From: a bacterium
GTDB taxonomy: Bacteria; Patescibacteriota; UBA1384; CAILIB01
Direction of reading: 5' to 3'
Assembly (NCBI GenBank): GCA_037131105.1
Contig: JBAXRQ010000001.1
Coordinates: 386,039 to 450,038 of the forward strand
Length of the DNA: 64,000 nt
In this document: one piece after another, positions 1-8,279 of the stretch
How positions within the stretch are numbered: position 1 is the stretch's first letter
Layout: each line of letters opens with the position of its first letter
Position numbers and translations under genes: made by a program
The notes under the pieces: model-generated
Told to the model about the DNA's origin: nothing
What the model saw: the letters and a program-made list of their open reading frames with translations, nothing else
Database searches by the model: none

Positions 1-601
1 TGTACACCGAGGAGAGAATTGGGAAATAAAAAGCTTAGGGGAGATAGCCACCATTGAATATGGATATACGGAAAAGGCTAGAAGCAGTGGAGAGTATAGA
101 TTTGTAAGGATTACGGATACGGACGAGAACGGCTTGCTAAAAACCGAAAATAAAATGTATGTAAATTCCTTTGAGACAGTTGAAAGATTTCTTCTTAATA
201 GTGGAGACTTGTTAATGGCCAGGACAGGGGCCTCGGCAGGGAATGTACTTTTCTTTGAGGGCGATGAAAGAGCTGTGTTTGCCTCATACCTTATCAGGAT
301 AAAATTTAAAGGTGAAATACTTGCAAAGTTGTACTGGTATTTTTCAAGATCAAAACTATATTGGGATCAGGTTGAGCAATTATCGGCAGGATCAGCCCAA
401 CCGCAGTTTAATGGTGGCGCACTCAAACAGATAATGTTTCCTTATCCTCAGCCTCTTGCTGAGCAGTTAGTTATCATTGATAGGCTCGATACTCTTTCAA
501 TTTTGACGAGGAAACTCGAGACACTCTATCAACAGAAACTTGCTCTTCTCGAAGAACTCAAGCAGTCCATCCTTCACAAAGCCTTCTCCGGCGAGCTGTA
601 G
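1..601 (+). CDS. hsdS: Type I restriction-modification specificity subunit, 5'-truncated by window edge
   Basis: Frame is open from position 2 (WEIKSLGEIATIEYG...RITD). TRD motifs GDLLMARTGAS and GSAQPQF; C-terminal helix ends LKQSILHKAFSGEL; AT-rich; directly upstream of hsdR. Confidence 0.93.
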   Translation, partial: VHRGENWEIKSLGEIATIEYGYTEKARSSGEYRFVRITDTDENGLLKTENKMYVNSFETVERFLLNSGDLLMARTGASAGNVLFFEGDERAVFASYLIRIKFKGEILAKLYWYFSRSKLYWDQVEQLSAGSAQPQFNGGALKQIMFPYPQPLAEQLVIIDRLDTLSILTRKLETLYQQKLALLEELKQSILHKAFSGEL

Positions 602-613
602 TACAATAATCCT

Positions 614-2929
614 ATGAGAAACGAATCCGAGACACGCGCCGAACTAATCGATCCCAAGCTTACAGCTGCTGGCTGGGGTGAGATTGAAGGCTCCCGGGTT
701 CTTCGTGAGTTCTACTTTACAGATGGCAAAATTCAGACAGGCGGGCTGCGTCTAAAGGCAGAAAAAGCCGACTACGTCCTGGTCTACAAAAACCAGAAGC
801 TGGCCATCATCGAAGCCAAGCAGGAAAGCCTGGCCGTAGGCGAAGGCGTTACCCAGGCCAAGGCCTATGCCGACAAGCTAAAGATCAACCAGACATATGC
901 CACCAACGGCAAGGAGATCTACGCCATCTCCATGAAGACTGGCGTTGAAGGTATTGTTGAAAAGTTCCCTACTCCTGAAGAACTCTGGAATCTTACCTTC
1001 TCCGACCACAACGAATGGAAGGAAAAGTTTGCCGCTGTACCCTTCGAAGACAAGGGTGGCACCCAGGCACCTCGCTTCTACCAGGAGATCGCCGTCAACC
1101 GCACCCTGAACGCCATTGCCGAGAACAAGCAGCGCATTCTCCTGACCCTGGCCACCGGTACGGGTAAGACCTTCATTTCCTATCAGATAGCTTGGAAGCT
1201 GTATCAGTCGAGATGGAACCTGGGTCGTGATGGTAGTCGAAGGCCACGGATTCTCTTTCTTGCTGATCGTAATATCTTAGCGAACCAAGCGTCAACTTCA
1301 TTTCCTGGATTTGAAGAAGATTCTATTGCCCGTATACGGCCTGCAGATATCAAGAAGAAAGGTGGTGTAATCACCAACGCAAGCATCTTCTTCACTATAT
1401 TCCAGACCTTCATGAGTGGGCCCAACGACACGCCCTACTTCGGCGACTATCCCAAGGATTTCTTCGACCTTATCATTATCGATGAGTGCCACCGGGGCGG
1501 TGCCCAGGACGAGTCCAGCTGGAGGGAGATACTTGAGTACTTCGAACCGGCCGTCCAGCTCGGCCTCACCGCCACTCCCAAGCGCAAAGACAACGTCGAC
1601 ACCTACCGCTACTTCGGCGAGCCGGTCTACGTTTACTCTCTCAAGGAAGGTATCAACGACGGCTTCCTGACCCCCTTCAAGGTCAAGCGGATTATGACCA
1701 CCTTGGACGACTACGTGTATACCTCCGATGATGAGGTCATTGAGGGCGACGTGCAGGAGGGTAAGCGCTACGAGGAGCCTGATTTCAACCGAATCATTGA
1801 GATCAAGGAGCGCGAGGCTAAGCGGGTGCGTATTCTGCTTGACGAGATCAATCAGAGCGAGAAGACCATAGTTTTCTGCGCCAACCAGCCTCATGCCGCC
1901 GCCGTGCGTGATCTCATCAACCAAATGAAGGAGAGCAGAGATCCTAATTACTGCGTACGGGTAACTGCTGATGACGGGGTACGAGGTGATCAGTTTCTGG
2001 ATGATTTTAAGGATACTGAGAAGACCATCCCTACTATTTTGACTAGCTCGCAGAAGCTTTCCACCGGTGTCGATGCCCGCAACATCCGCAACATCGTCCT
2101 GATGCGGACAGTGAATTCGATGATTGAGTTCAAGCAGATAGTCGGACGCGGGACGCGGCTCTTTGAAGGGAAGGAGTTCTTTACCATTCTGGATTTTGTC
2201 GACGCCTACAAGCTGTTCTCCGATCCTGAGTGGGACGGCGACCCTATCGAGGAAGTGGCCACTGGTGAAGAGAAGCCTGAGAAAACTTACGAGCCTCGGA
2301 ATCCAGTAGTACGTGAGCCAAAGGAGCCTTATGAGGCCAAGCCAAAGTTAAAGATCAAGCTGCGGGACGGCAAGGAGCGAGAGATCCAGCACATGGTCTC
2401 CACCTCGTTTTGGAGCGCCGACGGCAAGCCGGTCTCCGGCCAGGAGTTCATTGAAGGTATGTTTGGTGACCTGCCCCAATTTTTCAAGAGTGAGGAGGAG
2501 CTGCGCCGGATCTGGTCCGACCCGACTACACGTAAGAGACTATTGGAGAAGCTGGCTGAACACGGCTATGCCAAGGACCAGCTGACGAGCCTTCAGGAGC
2601 TAGTATCAGCCCAGAACAGTGATCTCTTTGACGTACTGGCCTATGTGGCCTTTGCCCTGAAGCCGATTACTCGCATAGCGCGGGTAACAGACTCCGTAGA
2701 TGCAATACTAAAGGGCTATGACGAAAAACAGGATGATTTCCTGCAATTCGTCTTGACCAAGTATGTTGAGAAGGGAGTTGAGGAGCTGGACGAGGAGAAG
2801 CTGCCGCAGCTGATTAATCTCAAGTACAGCACAGTTTCTGATGCGACACCCATCCTGGGTGATCCGGTAAAGATCAGGAGCATGTTCTTCGATATGCAAA
2901 AAGGGTTATATGGAAAAGTAAGGGCCTAG
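614..2929 (+). CDS. hsdR: Type I restriction enzyme R subunit (EcoAI/EcoEI-like)
   Basis: N-terminal nuclease (ADYVL...IIEAK), Walker A ATGTGKT, DECHRG, GLTATP and QIVGRGTR helicase motifs. Confidence 0.95.
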   Translation: MRNESETRAELIDPKLTAAGWGEIEGSRVLREFYFTDGKIQTGGLRLKAEKADYVLVYKNQKLAIIEAKQESLAVGEGVTQAKAYADKLKINQTYATNGKEIYAISMKTGVEGIVEKFPTPEELWNLTFSDHNEWKEKFAAVPFEDKGGTQAPRFYQEIAVNRTLNAIAENKQRILLTLATGTGKTFISYQIAWKLYQSRWNLGRDGSRRPRILFLADRNILANQASTSFPGFEEDSIARIRPADIKKKGGVITNASIFFTIFQTFMSGPNDTPYFGDYPKDFFDLIIIDECHRGGAQDESSWREILEYFEPAVQLGLTATPKRKDNVDTYRYFGEPVYVYSLKEGINDGFLTPFKVKRIMTTLDDYVYTSDDEVIEGDVQEGKRYEEPDFNRIIEIKEREAKRVRILLDEINQSEKTIVFCANQPHAAAVRDLINQMKESRDPNYCVRVTADDGVRGDQFLDDFKDTEKTIPTILTSSQKLSTGVDARNIRNIVLMRTVNSMIEFKQIVGRGTRLFEGKEFFTILDFVDAYKLFSDPEWDGDPIEEVATGEEKPEKTYEPRNPVVREPKEPYEAKPKLKIKLRDGKEREIQHMVSTSFWSADGKPVSGQEFIEGMFGDLPQFFKSEEELRRIWSDPTTRKRLLEKLAEHGYAKDQLTSLQELVSAQNSDLFDVLAYVAFALKPITRIARVTDSVDAILKGYDEKQDDFLQFVLTKYVEKGVEELDEEKLPQLINLKYSTVSDATPILGDPVKIRSMFFDMQKGLYGKVRA

Positions 2930-3061
2930 AATATCCGTGTGAATACCGGGGACAAACAATCTACCGCGAAATAGGCAGGAATCTTGGTCCTGAAGTGGTG
3001 GCTCGAGCCGTAACAATCTGTTCGGTAGTAGGGGATCCTCCCGTATGTTACGTATAGGGGG

Positions 3062-3613
3062 ATGTCTGCAAAAACGACTGCTTACGCGTTTATCGACAGC
3101 CAGAATCTCAACCTCGGTGTACGTTCCGCCGGATGGGTTATTGATTATCCAAAACTTCGCCTTTATCTAAAGAACAAGTTTGGTGTGAGTAAAGCATTCA
3201 TGTTCATTGGCTTTGTTGATGGCAACCAAGGACTGTACACCCGGCTGCAGGAGGCAGGTTTTATACTCGTCTTTAAGCCTACGGTTCGCTTTGTGGACCA
3301 TGGCAAGGAGACGCGCAAGGGCAATGTAGACGCCGAGCTGGTGCTCCATGCCGCTGCAATCGAATATCAGTACTATGACAAGGCGCTTATCATATCAGGA
3401 GACGGTGACTTTGCCTGTCTGGTCGAGTTCTTGGCTAGTCGAGGAAAGCTGTTGCATGTATGTACCCCGAATCAGCGTTACTCCAAGCTGCTTAAACCCT
3501 ACTCGCAGTATATTATCCGGATGGATAGCTTTAAGGAGTCTGTTTGCAAAACAAAAGACCGGCATCGGCGGTCGGTCGAAACCTTAGGCCTATCCGGTCA
3601 TGATGATAAGTAA
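3062..3613 (+). CDS. NYN-domain (LabA/DUF88, PIN-like) putative ribonuclease
   Basis: FIDSQNL, KGNVDAEL and ISGDGDF acidic motifs typical of NYN domains. Confidence 0.9.
   Translation: MSAKTTAYAFIDSQNLNLGVRSAGWVIDYPKLRLYLKNKFGVSKAFMFIGFVDGNQGLYTRLQEAGFILVFKPTVRFVDHGKETRKGNVDAELVLHAAAIEYQYYDKALIISGDGDFACLVEFLASRGKLLHVCTPNQRYSKLLKPYSQYIIRMDSFKESVCKTKDRHRRSVETLGLSGHDDK
3547..3607 (-). ncRNA. Candidate ~60-nt structured cis-antisense RNA overlapping the NYN gene 3' end
   Basis: Minus strand reads GACCGG-AU-AGGC-CUAA-GGU(UUCG)ACC-GACC-GCC-G-AU-G-CCGGUC-UUUUGUUUU, a nested stem with a UUCG loop and U-tract, downstream of a good sigma70 promoter. Ends are estimated. Confidence 0.6.
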
Positions 3614-3643
3614 AAAATATCATGAGAACATCGGTGCTGTCAA
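3614..3643 (-). promoter_or_regulatory. Sigma70-type promoter firing antisense into the NYN gene
   Basis: TTGACA (3643-3638), 18-nt spacer, extended -10 TGa-TATTTT (3619-3614). Confidence 0.65.
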
Positions 3644-3792
3644 GCACAGGCATGCATTCATACCAATGTCTCCTCCCGTTTCCATGAGACTTGACGATGA
3701 CGGATATGCGCATAGACGCATTCTAGCAGGTTGCACCCCAGACCTTCCTTTTATCTGCCACTTCTGGTATAACCCCAGCATGGAGGTGCGCA

Positions 3793-4134
3793 ATGCGAGC
3801 ACCATTATTTGAAGGACCGCTGTCCCAGGAGGCCCTGGTGAGCGGAAAGCTGCCGGAAAACGTAGCCTTGCAGCTTCTGCTGGACTCACCGGTCCAACCC
3901 GGTGACAACCGCTACTATGTGGAATACCAGGTGGAGGGAACCTCGGTATTCATGTGTGTCTTCGATACCATGGAGGCCAATCGTCTGGTATGTCAGCAGG
4001 TGGTCGCCGCTGCCCTGCACTACTATCCTGACATTGGCATAAGCCACACTCTGGCAGAACGCTGGGCACGGTACGCCGAAGGCGGCATCCTTGACCTGGA
4101 TATCTGGAGCGGTGTGGGCTGCGTCGCAGCATAA
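3793..4134 (+). CDS. Hypothetical protein (ORFan)
   Basis: 113-aa ORF with upstream TGgTATAAC -10, GGAGGT SD and a downstream hairpin. Confidence 0.6.
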   Translation: MRAPLFEGPLSQEALVSGKLPENVALQLLLDSPVQPGDNRYYVEYQVEGTSVFMCVFDTMEANRLVCQQVVAAALHYYPDIGISHTLAERWARYAEGGILDLDIWSGVGCVAA

Positions 4135-4165
4135 ACAAATCATATGTGAGGGAAGCCCCTGACGC

Positions 4166-4196
4166 GCCGTCGACCTTCGGGTCGGCGGCCGTTTTC
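4166..4196 (+). terminator. UUCG hairpin terminator; copy 1 of a 25-nt direct repeat (4172-4196)
   Basis: gccgtcgacc-TTCG-ggtcggcggc followed by cgtttt. Confidence 0.7.
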
Positions 4197-4212
4197 ATCT
4201 AAGCTACACTGA

Positions 4213-4240
4213 TTGACAATACCGCAGCCTCTGCTATTCT
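4213..4240 (+). promoter_or_regulatory. Sigma70 promoter of the PafA-like gene
   Basis: TTGACA-16 nt-(TGc)TATTCT; GGGGAGGT SD before ATG 4290. Confidence 0.6.
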
Positions 4241-4289
4241 GCGGACAACTGCCTGCAAGGGCAGATTAACAAATCGGGGAGGTGGCGTC

Positions 4290-5642
4290 ATGGCTGCTGT
4301 GAATGGACCGCGTTGGAGCATATTTGCCCGTGCCTACGGTATGGAAACGGAATATGGTTTGACCTGTCAGATCAACCACAAGGACGGATCCATAGAGATG
4401 GGCGACTCCATTGTCGCCGCAAAAATGCTGCTGACTGACTACGATCATGTCAGTACCTTCGTGTCGACGGGCGGGCGGCTCTATCTCGACGGTGAGACCT
4501 GTACCCTCTGTCATGTTGAGTACGCAACTCCTGAGTGCCTGACACCGCTCAGCGTAGCCTTGTCCCACCATGCCGGTGACCGGATACTGCAGCGCATGGC
4601 TGCTGAAAGGAGACGGGGTAGGAATGAGATCCACGTCATCAGAAACAACAGGGACTATTGCGGCACCTCTTTTGGCTGCCATGAGAACTACCTGGTTTCT
4701 AGGAGCGTGCCTTTCGACCAGCTTGTCCGTAGCTTGGTTCCGTACCTTGTTACCGGTCCGCTGGTATTTGGGCCGGGAGACGTAGCCTTGGACCGTGACT
4801 ATACTCATGACCCACGGGCGAAGATTATGAATCTCATCTCGGAAGACAAGACCCTTTCGGGGGAGCGATGCATCGTCAACTCTCGTGATAAGTGTTATCT
4901 TTCTGAGCCCCTTGACACGCAGTTTAGGAGGCTGCACATTACCTGTAGGAGCGCCAATGTGTCCCAGGGCGCCACGTTCATGAAAGTCGCCACCCTCTCG
5001 ATACTGCTTACCATGATCGAGAACGGCTGGACCTTTAACGGACTGTATCCAATAGACCCTTTGGCCGCCATGAAAGAGTGCAATACCAAGATTGACGGGC
5101 GCGCGCTCGTGAAGCTGGCTGACGGAAGCACTATGACGGCTTGGAATATCCAATCGGTACTCCAGGAGTCGGCCCGACAGTTCTTGAGCGAGCAGGAGGG
5201 TAGGGGTGAGATTGTTCCTATGTGGGCGAAACGTGCCGTTCGGCGCTGGGGAGAGGCTCTGCGAGACATTCGCGATTACGATATCGACGAGTGGCCGGAG
5301 AGCTCATACTGGGTGGATTGGTGGGTAAAGCACCATGCTCTCAGGTCGTATCTCGAGGCGCTTCCCGACGCGACTGACGATGAGCTTCGCACTATGGAAC
5401 TGCGCTACCATCACCTCGACCCGCGGCAAAGCGTGGCAAAAGAGATGGTGGATGCTGGACTGATGGAGTATTTGTTTCAGGACCATCAGCTGGAGTCTGC
5501 CAGTCGAAATCCCTCACCGCATCCGCGGGCACAGGAGAGGGCCTATTGGTTGCAGCGACGCGCTACCGGCGACAGTGTATCGTGTGTGTCTTGGGAGAAT
5601 GTCCGTGTAAATGGCGAAAAGAAGGTGTTAAGGTTTTTTTGA
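4290..5642 (+). CDS. Pup-protein ligase PafA/Dop family protein (carboxylate-amine ligase fold)
   Basis: GMETEYG, GGRLYLD...HVEYATPEC, NNRD..GTSFGCHENYL, IVNSRD, RRLHI, DWWVK and ELRYH match PafA family motifs in order. Confidence 0.9.
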   Translation: MAAVNGPRWSIFARAYGMETEYGLTCQINHKDGSIEMGDSIVAAKMLLTDYDHVSTFVSTGGRLYLDGETCTLCHVEYATPECLTPLSVALSHHAGDRILQRMAAERRRGRNEIHVIRNNRDYCGTSFGCHENYLVSRSVPFDQLVRSLVPYLVTGPLVFGPGDVALDRDYTHDPRAKIMNLISEDKTLSGERCIVNSRDKCYLSEPLDTQFRRLHITCRSANVSQGATFMKVATLSILLTMIENGWTFNGLYPIDPLAAMKECNTKIDGRALVKLADGSTMTAWNIQSVLQESARQFLSEQEGRGEIVPMWAKRAVRRWGEALRDIRDYDIDEWPESSYWVDWWVKHHALRSYLEALPDATDDELRTMELRYHHLDPRQSVAKEMVDAGLMEYLFQDHQLESASRNPSPHPRAQERAYWLQRRATGDSVSCVSWENVRVNGEKKVLRFF

Positions 5643-5665
5643 AAAGGGAAAAATATGAAATTATG

Positions 5666-5699
5666 GCGGCCGCTGACCTTCGGGTCGGCGGCCGTTTTC
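5666..5699 (+). terminator. UUCG hairpin terminator; copy 2 of the 25-nt direct repeat (5675-5699)
   Basis: gcggccgctgacc-TTCG-ggtcggcggccgt followed by tttc. Confidence 0.7.
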
Positions 5700-5783
5700 G
5701 TTTGCTTGAGCATATGTAAGCCCCCATAAAACCCAAAATCCCGCACATGTGTGCGGGACCAGGATGCGCCAGGTGAGTGATTC

Positions 5784-6041
5784 TCACTTTGGTATGAAGA
5801 CTGCTACGGCTAGAAGGAGCAGGAAGCCGATAGCTGCGTAGCCGGATAGCGTGGTCATGGCTTTCCAAAATCGATGTGCAGGGCAGGGAGTGACGGTGCT
5901 TTTGCGGAGTCCGACTTTGACTTCGGACCACACTACCACTTTTTTCAGTTCCCATTTTTCGCCCCAGACTGAGGTGATGAGAATGCCAGCCACAAAAAGC
6001 GCAAAGCATATCCCAAACAGACCGCCAAGTATATTTTGCAT
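5784..6041 (-). CDS. Small two-TM hypothetical membrane protein
   Basis: Start reassigned to MQNILGG (AAAGGAG SD); promoter TTGACA-17-TATAGT at 6115-6087. Confidence 0.6.
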   Translation of the reverse strand: MQNILGGLFGICFALFVAGILITSVWGEKWELKKVVVWSEVKVGLRKSTVTPCPAHRFWKAMTTLSGYAAIGFLLLLAVAVFIPK

Positions 6042-6126
6042 CGTGATCTCTCCTTTCGCTCGGCCACTGCCGAAATGCGATACCCGACTATACCTCAAAA
6101 CGCCCACAATGTCAATGGGCTAACCC

Positions 6127-6561
6127 CTAGGAAAGCGCCTCCACCGCCTTCTCGATCCTCCTTTTTCTTGTCTCCTCAGCCTTTGCCTCGTTTATGGACC
6201 GCACCCATTCCTTCTTATGCGAAGGGGCCAGCTTTTCAAACTTTTCCATACCCTTCTCGCCCAGCGCCGCTTTCAAATCCTCGGGCACCTCTACGGTTCG
6301 CGGTGCGAGGTCCAGCTCCAAGGTAAGCTCTACATCCTGTCCTGCCTCAACTCCGGCAGCCTCACGATGCTCCTTGCTGAGTGATAACAAGAAGTCTTCG
6401 CCGTAGACGCCTACTGTATTTTGGTAGGTATAGCCGTTCACGGTAACCTTTACCGGCGGACGCTTCATGTCGCTGAGCGTGGCGATGATCTCGGCAGGGA
6501 TCTTGAATCCGGTGACGCCGGGACGGGCTTCGCGGACGGTGGTAGTGAAGGTGACGCTCAT
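6127..6561 (-). CDS. YdeI/OmpD-associated (DUF1905 + OmdA) protein
   Basis: RPPVKVTVNGYTY; VEVPEDL...AKAEETRKRRIEKA. Confidence 0.85.
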   Translation of the reverse strand: MSVTFTTTVREARPGVTGFKIPAEIIATLSDMKRPPVKVTVNGYTYQNTVGVYGEDFLLSLSKEHREAAGVEAGQDVELTLELDLAPRTVEVPEDLKAALGEKGMEKFEKLAPSHKKEWVRSINEAKAEETRKRRIEKAVEALS

Positions 6562-6740
6562 GCCTTCAAGCTAAGGCCAGCTTCCTTGAGGGCCTGGCGC
6601 AGGGCCTTGATGCTGCCGGGCCCAAATCCGTGTAGACGATTAAGCTCTGCCTCAGTGCGTGCGGCTACGTCTTCGAGTGTCTTGATGCCGGCGCCGGCCA
6701 GGGCACGCTGGGCGGGAGCTGCAAGTGTGGGCAGATTCAT
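6558..6740 (-). CDS. Small HhH / RNAP alpha-CTD-like DNA-binding protein
   Basis: APAQRALAGAGI..LEDV...LHGFGP helix-hairpin-helix motif; overlaps the next gene by 4 nt. Confidence 0.75.
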   Translation of the reverse strand: MNLPTLAAPAQRALAGAGIKTLEDVAARTEAELNRLHGFGPGSIKALRQALKEAGLSLKA

Positions 6741-6839
6741 GGGAGTTGTTTATGGGTATAGTGATACCACGGATATCGTAGCGTATCCGCCTCGTGCCCA
6801 CAAATTGTCTACACCTCACCTAGAGCCCTAAACGTAACC

Positions 6840-6865
6840 GAGACGCAGCGGGGATGCTGCGTCTC
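6840..6865. terminator. Hairpin, probable terminator of the 7265 ORF
   Basis: gagacgcagc-ggggat-gctgcgtctc, a perfect 10-bp stem. Confidence 0.55.
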
Positions 6866-6887
6866 GTGCTGACGGGTGCGTCCTCTT

Positions 6888-7265
6888 CTATTGATGAGGA
6901 CAGGTCCTAGGGGCTCTTTCTTCCAGACCTATAAGGTTCTCCACCGTCCCATCCGGGTTGGTGACCTCGTATGCGACAAGGTACTTACCGTAGCGCTGCT
7001 TTTGGATGCGCAATATCCAGTTGAGGGCCTTTCGATTGCGGGCTTGCACACAGAATGCCAGGGGCCATTCTGATGATTCTTCTCTGACCTCCCCTGGTGG
7101 GGTGGAAAGAGTGACGTGAAGGGTGTAGCAGGTGCTAGCGTCGCGTAACCTGCCGAGCAGCGGCTCCCCATCCTCCTCGTAATAGGTGATGCCGCGCCTC
7201 TTTAGCCGCCATCCAGCGATAATATCAGCGCAGATAATCCAACGATATGCTATCCAGTTCCACAT
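6888..7265 (-). CDS. Hypothetical protein (ORFan)
   Basis: Start reassigned to MWNWIAY (AGGAGG SD); TTGACT-17-TACGGT upstream. Confidence 0.55.
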   Translation of the reverse strand: MWNWIAYRWIICADIIAGWRLKRRGITYYEEDGEPLLGRLRDASTCYTLHVTLSTPPGEVREESSEWPLAFCVQARNRKALNWILRIQKQRYGKYLVAYEVTNPDGTVENLIGLEERAPRTCPHQ

Positions 7266-7382
7266 AGTTCCTCCTGAGATCTGGCATAGTGGCACCGTAC
7301 CGCGCACCGCATGATCAGTCAAGGCGCACTCTAGTGGAAGCTAAGGACATGGGGGTGCTATACTGAAGGTACCAACTCACGA

Positions 7383-8279
7383 ATGCTCCCCGTGAAACGC
7401 TATACCCGCATCATCACTGTCCTGCTGCTGGTCCTGGGCTTCGTCCTGGTCCTGGCGGCTATCACCCGGGGGGACAACTTCCAGATCCTCAATCCAAAGG
7501 GGACGGTTGCGGCCCAGCAGATGCATCTGATGGTAGTGGTCACCCTGCTGATGCTGGTGGTCGTGGTGCCTGTCTTCGTGCTGACCTTTGGCATAGTCTG
7601 GAAGTACCGAGATGACAATCCCACTGCCAAGTATGCACCCAAATGGGATCATAACCTACTGCTGGAGTCGGTCTGGTGGGGGCTGCCCCTGCTGGTCATC
7701 GTCATCATAGGAGTACTGGCCTGGAGAAGCAGCCACGATCTGGATCCGTATAAGTCACTGAACTCTAGTGTGAAGCCGGTAACGGTGGAGGTAGTCGCCC
7801 TGCAGTGGAAGTGGCTCTTCATCTATCCCGACCAGGGTGTGGCTTCGGTAAACTACGTCCAGTTCCCCAAGGGGACGCCGGTGAACTTCTATATTACCGC
7901 GGACGCTCCCATGAACTCCTTCTGGATACCCCAGCTCGGCGGCCAGGTCTACGCCATGCCGGGTATGGCCACCCAGCTGCATCTGATGGCAGACAATGCC
8001 GGGGACTTTGCCGGCTCTTCAGCCAACCTGAGTGGTACAGGATTCGCCTCTATGAAGTTTACCGCCCACGCCAGTACCCAGGAAGACTTTGATGCCTGGG
8101 TGGCCTCGGCTAAGCTCTCAGGCCAGACTCTGGATTCGGTACAGTACGCGACGCTGGCTAGGCCGAGCGAGGGTACGCCGGTGCAGCAGTATGCGCTAGG
8201 GGAAGACAATCTCTTCCATGCTGCTATGATGAAGTTCATGAGTCCTTCCGCCATTACTTCCTATACGAACGTGCAATGA
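7383..8279 (+). CDS. cyoA: Cytochrome o ubiquinol oxidase subunit II
   Basis: [29 protein letters not shown]; no CuA ligands, as expected for a quinol oxidase. Confidence 0.95.
   Translation: MLPVKRYTRIITVLLLVLGFVLVLAAITRGDNFQILNPKGTVAAQQMHLMVVVTLLMLVVVVPVFVLTFGIVWKYRDDNPTAKYAPKWDHNLLLESVWWGLPLLVIVIIGVLAWRSSHDLDPYKSLNSSVKPVTVEVVALQWKWLFIYPDQGVASVNYVQFPKGTPVNFYITADAPMNSFWIPQLGGQVYAMPGMATQLHLMADNAGDFAGSSANLSGTGFASMKFTAHASTQEDFDAWVASAKLSGQTLDSVQYATLARPSEGTPVQQYALGEDNLFHAAMMKFMSPSAITSYTNVQ

Noticed and set aside
3555-3610. Hammerhead ribozyme on the + strand (CGAAAC and ATGATGA)
   Set aside because: No true CUGAnGA core, and the stems do not form a three-way junction; the minus-strand fold explains the sequence better.
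3793-4134. Upstream ORF as the Pup-like modifier
   Set aside because: Ends GVGCVAA, lacks a terminal Glu/Gln, does not look disordered and is separated by a terminator.
4130-4205. Integron attC sites around the ORFan genes
   Set aside because: No RYYYAAC...GTTRRRY pairs and no integrase; the genes carry their own promoters and occur in both orientations.
4266-5153. Long antisense/shadow ORFs (also 12406-13071, 34052-34735, 46382-47062 and others)
   Set aside because: They overlap well-supported genes on the opposite strand, lack motifs and are expected at this GC content and codon bias.
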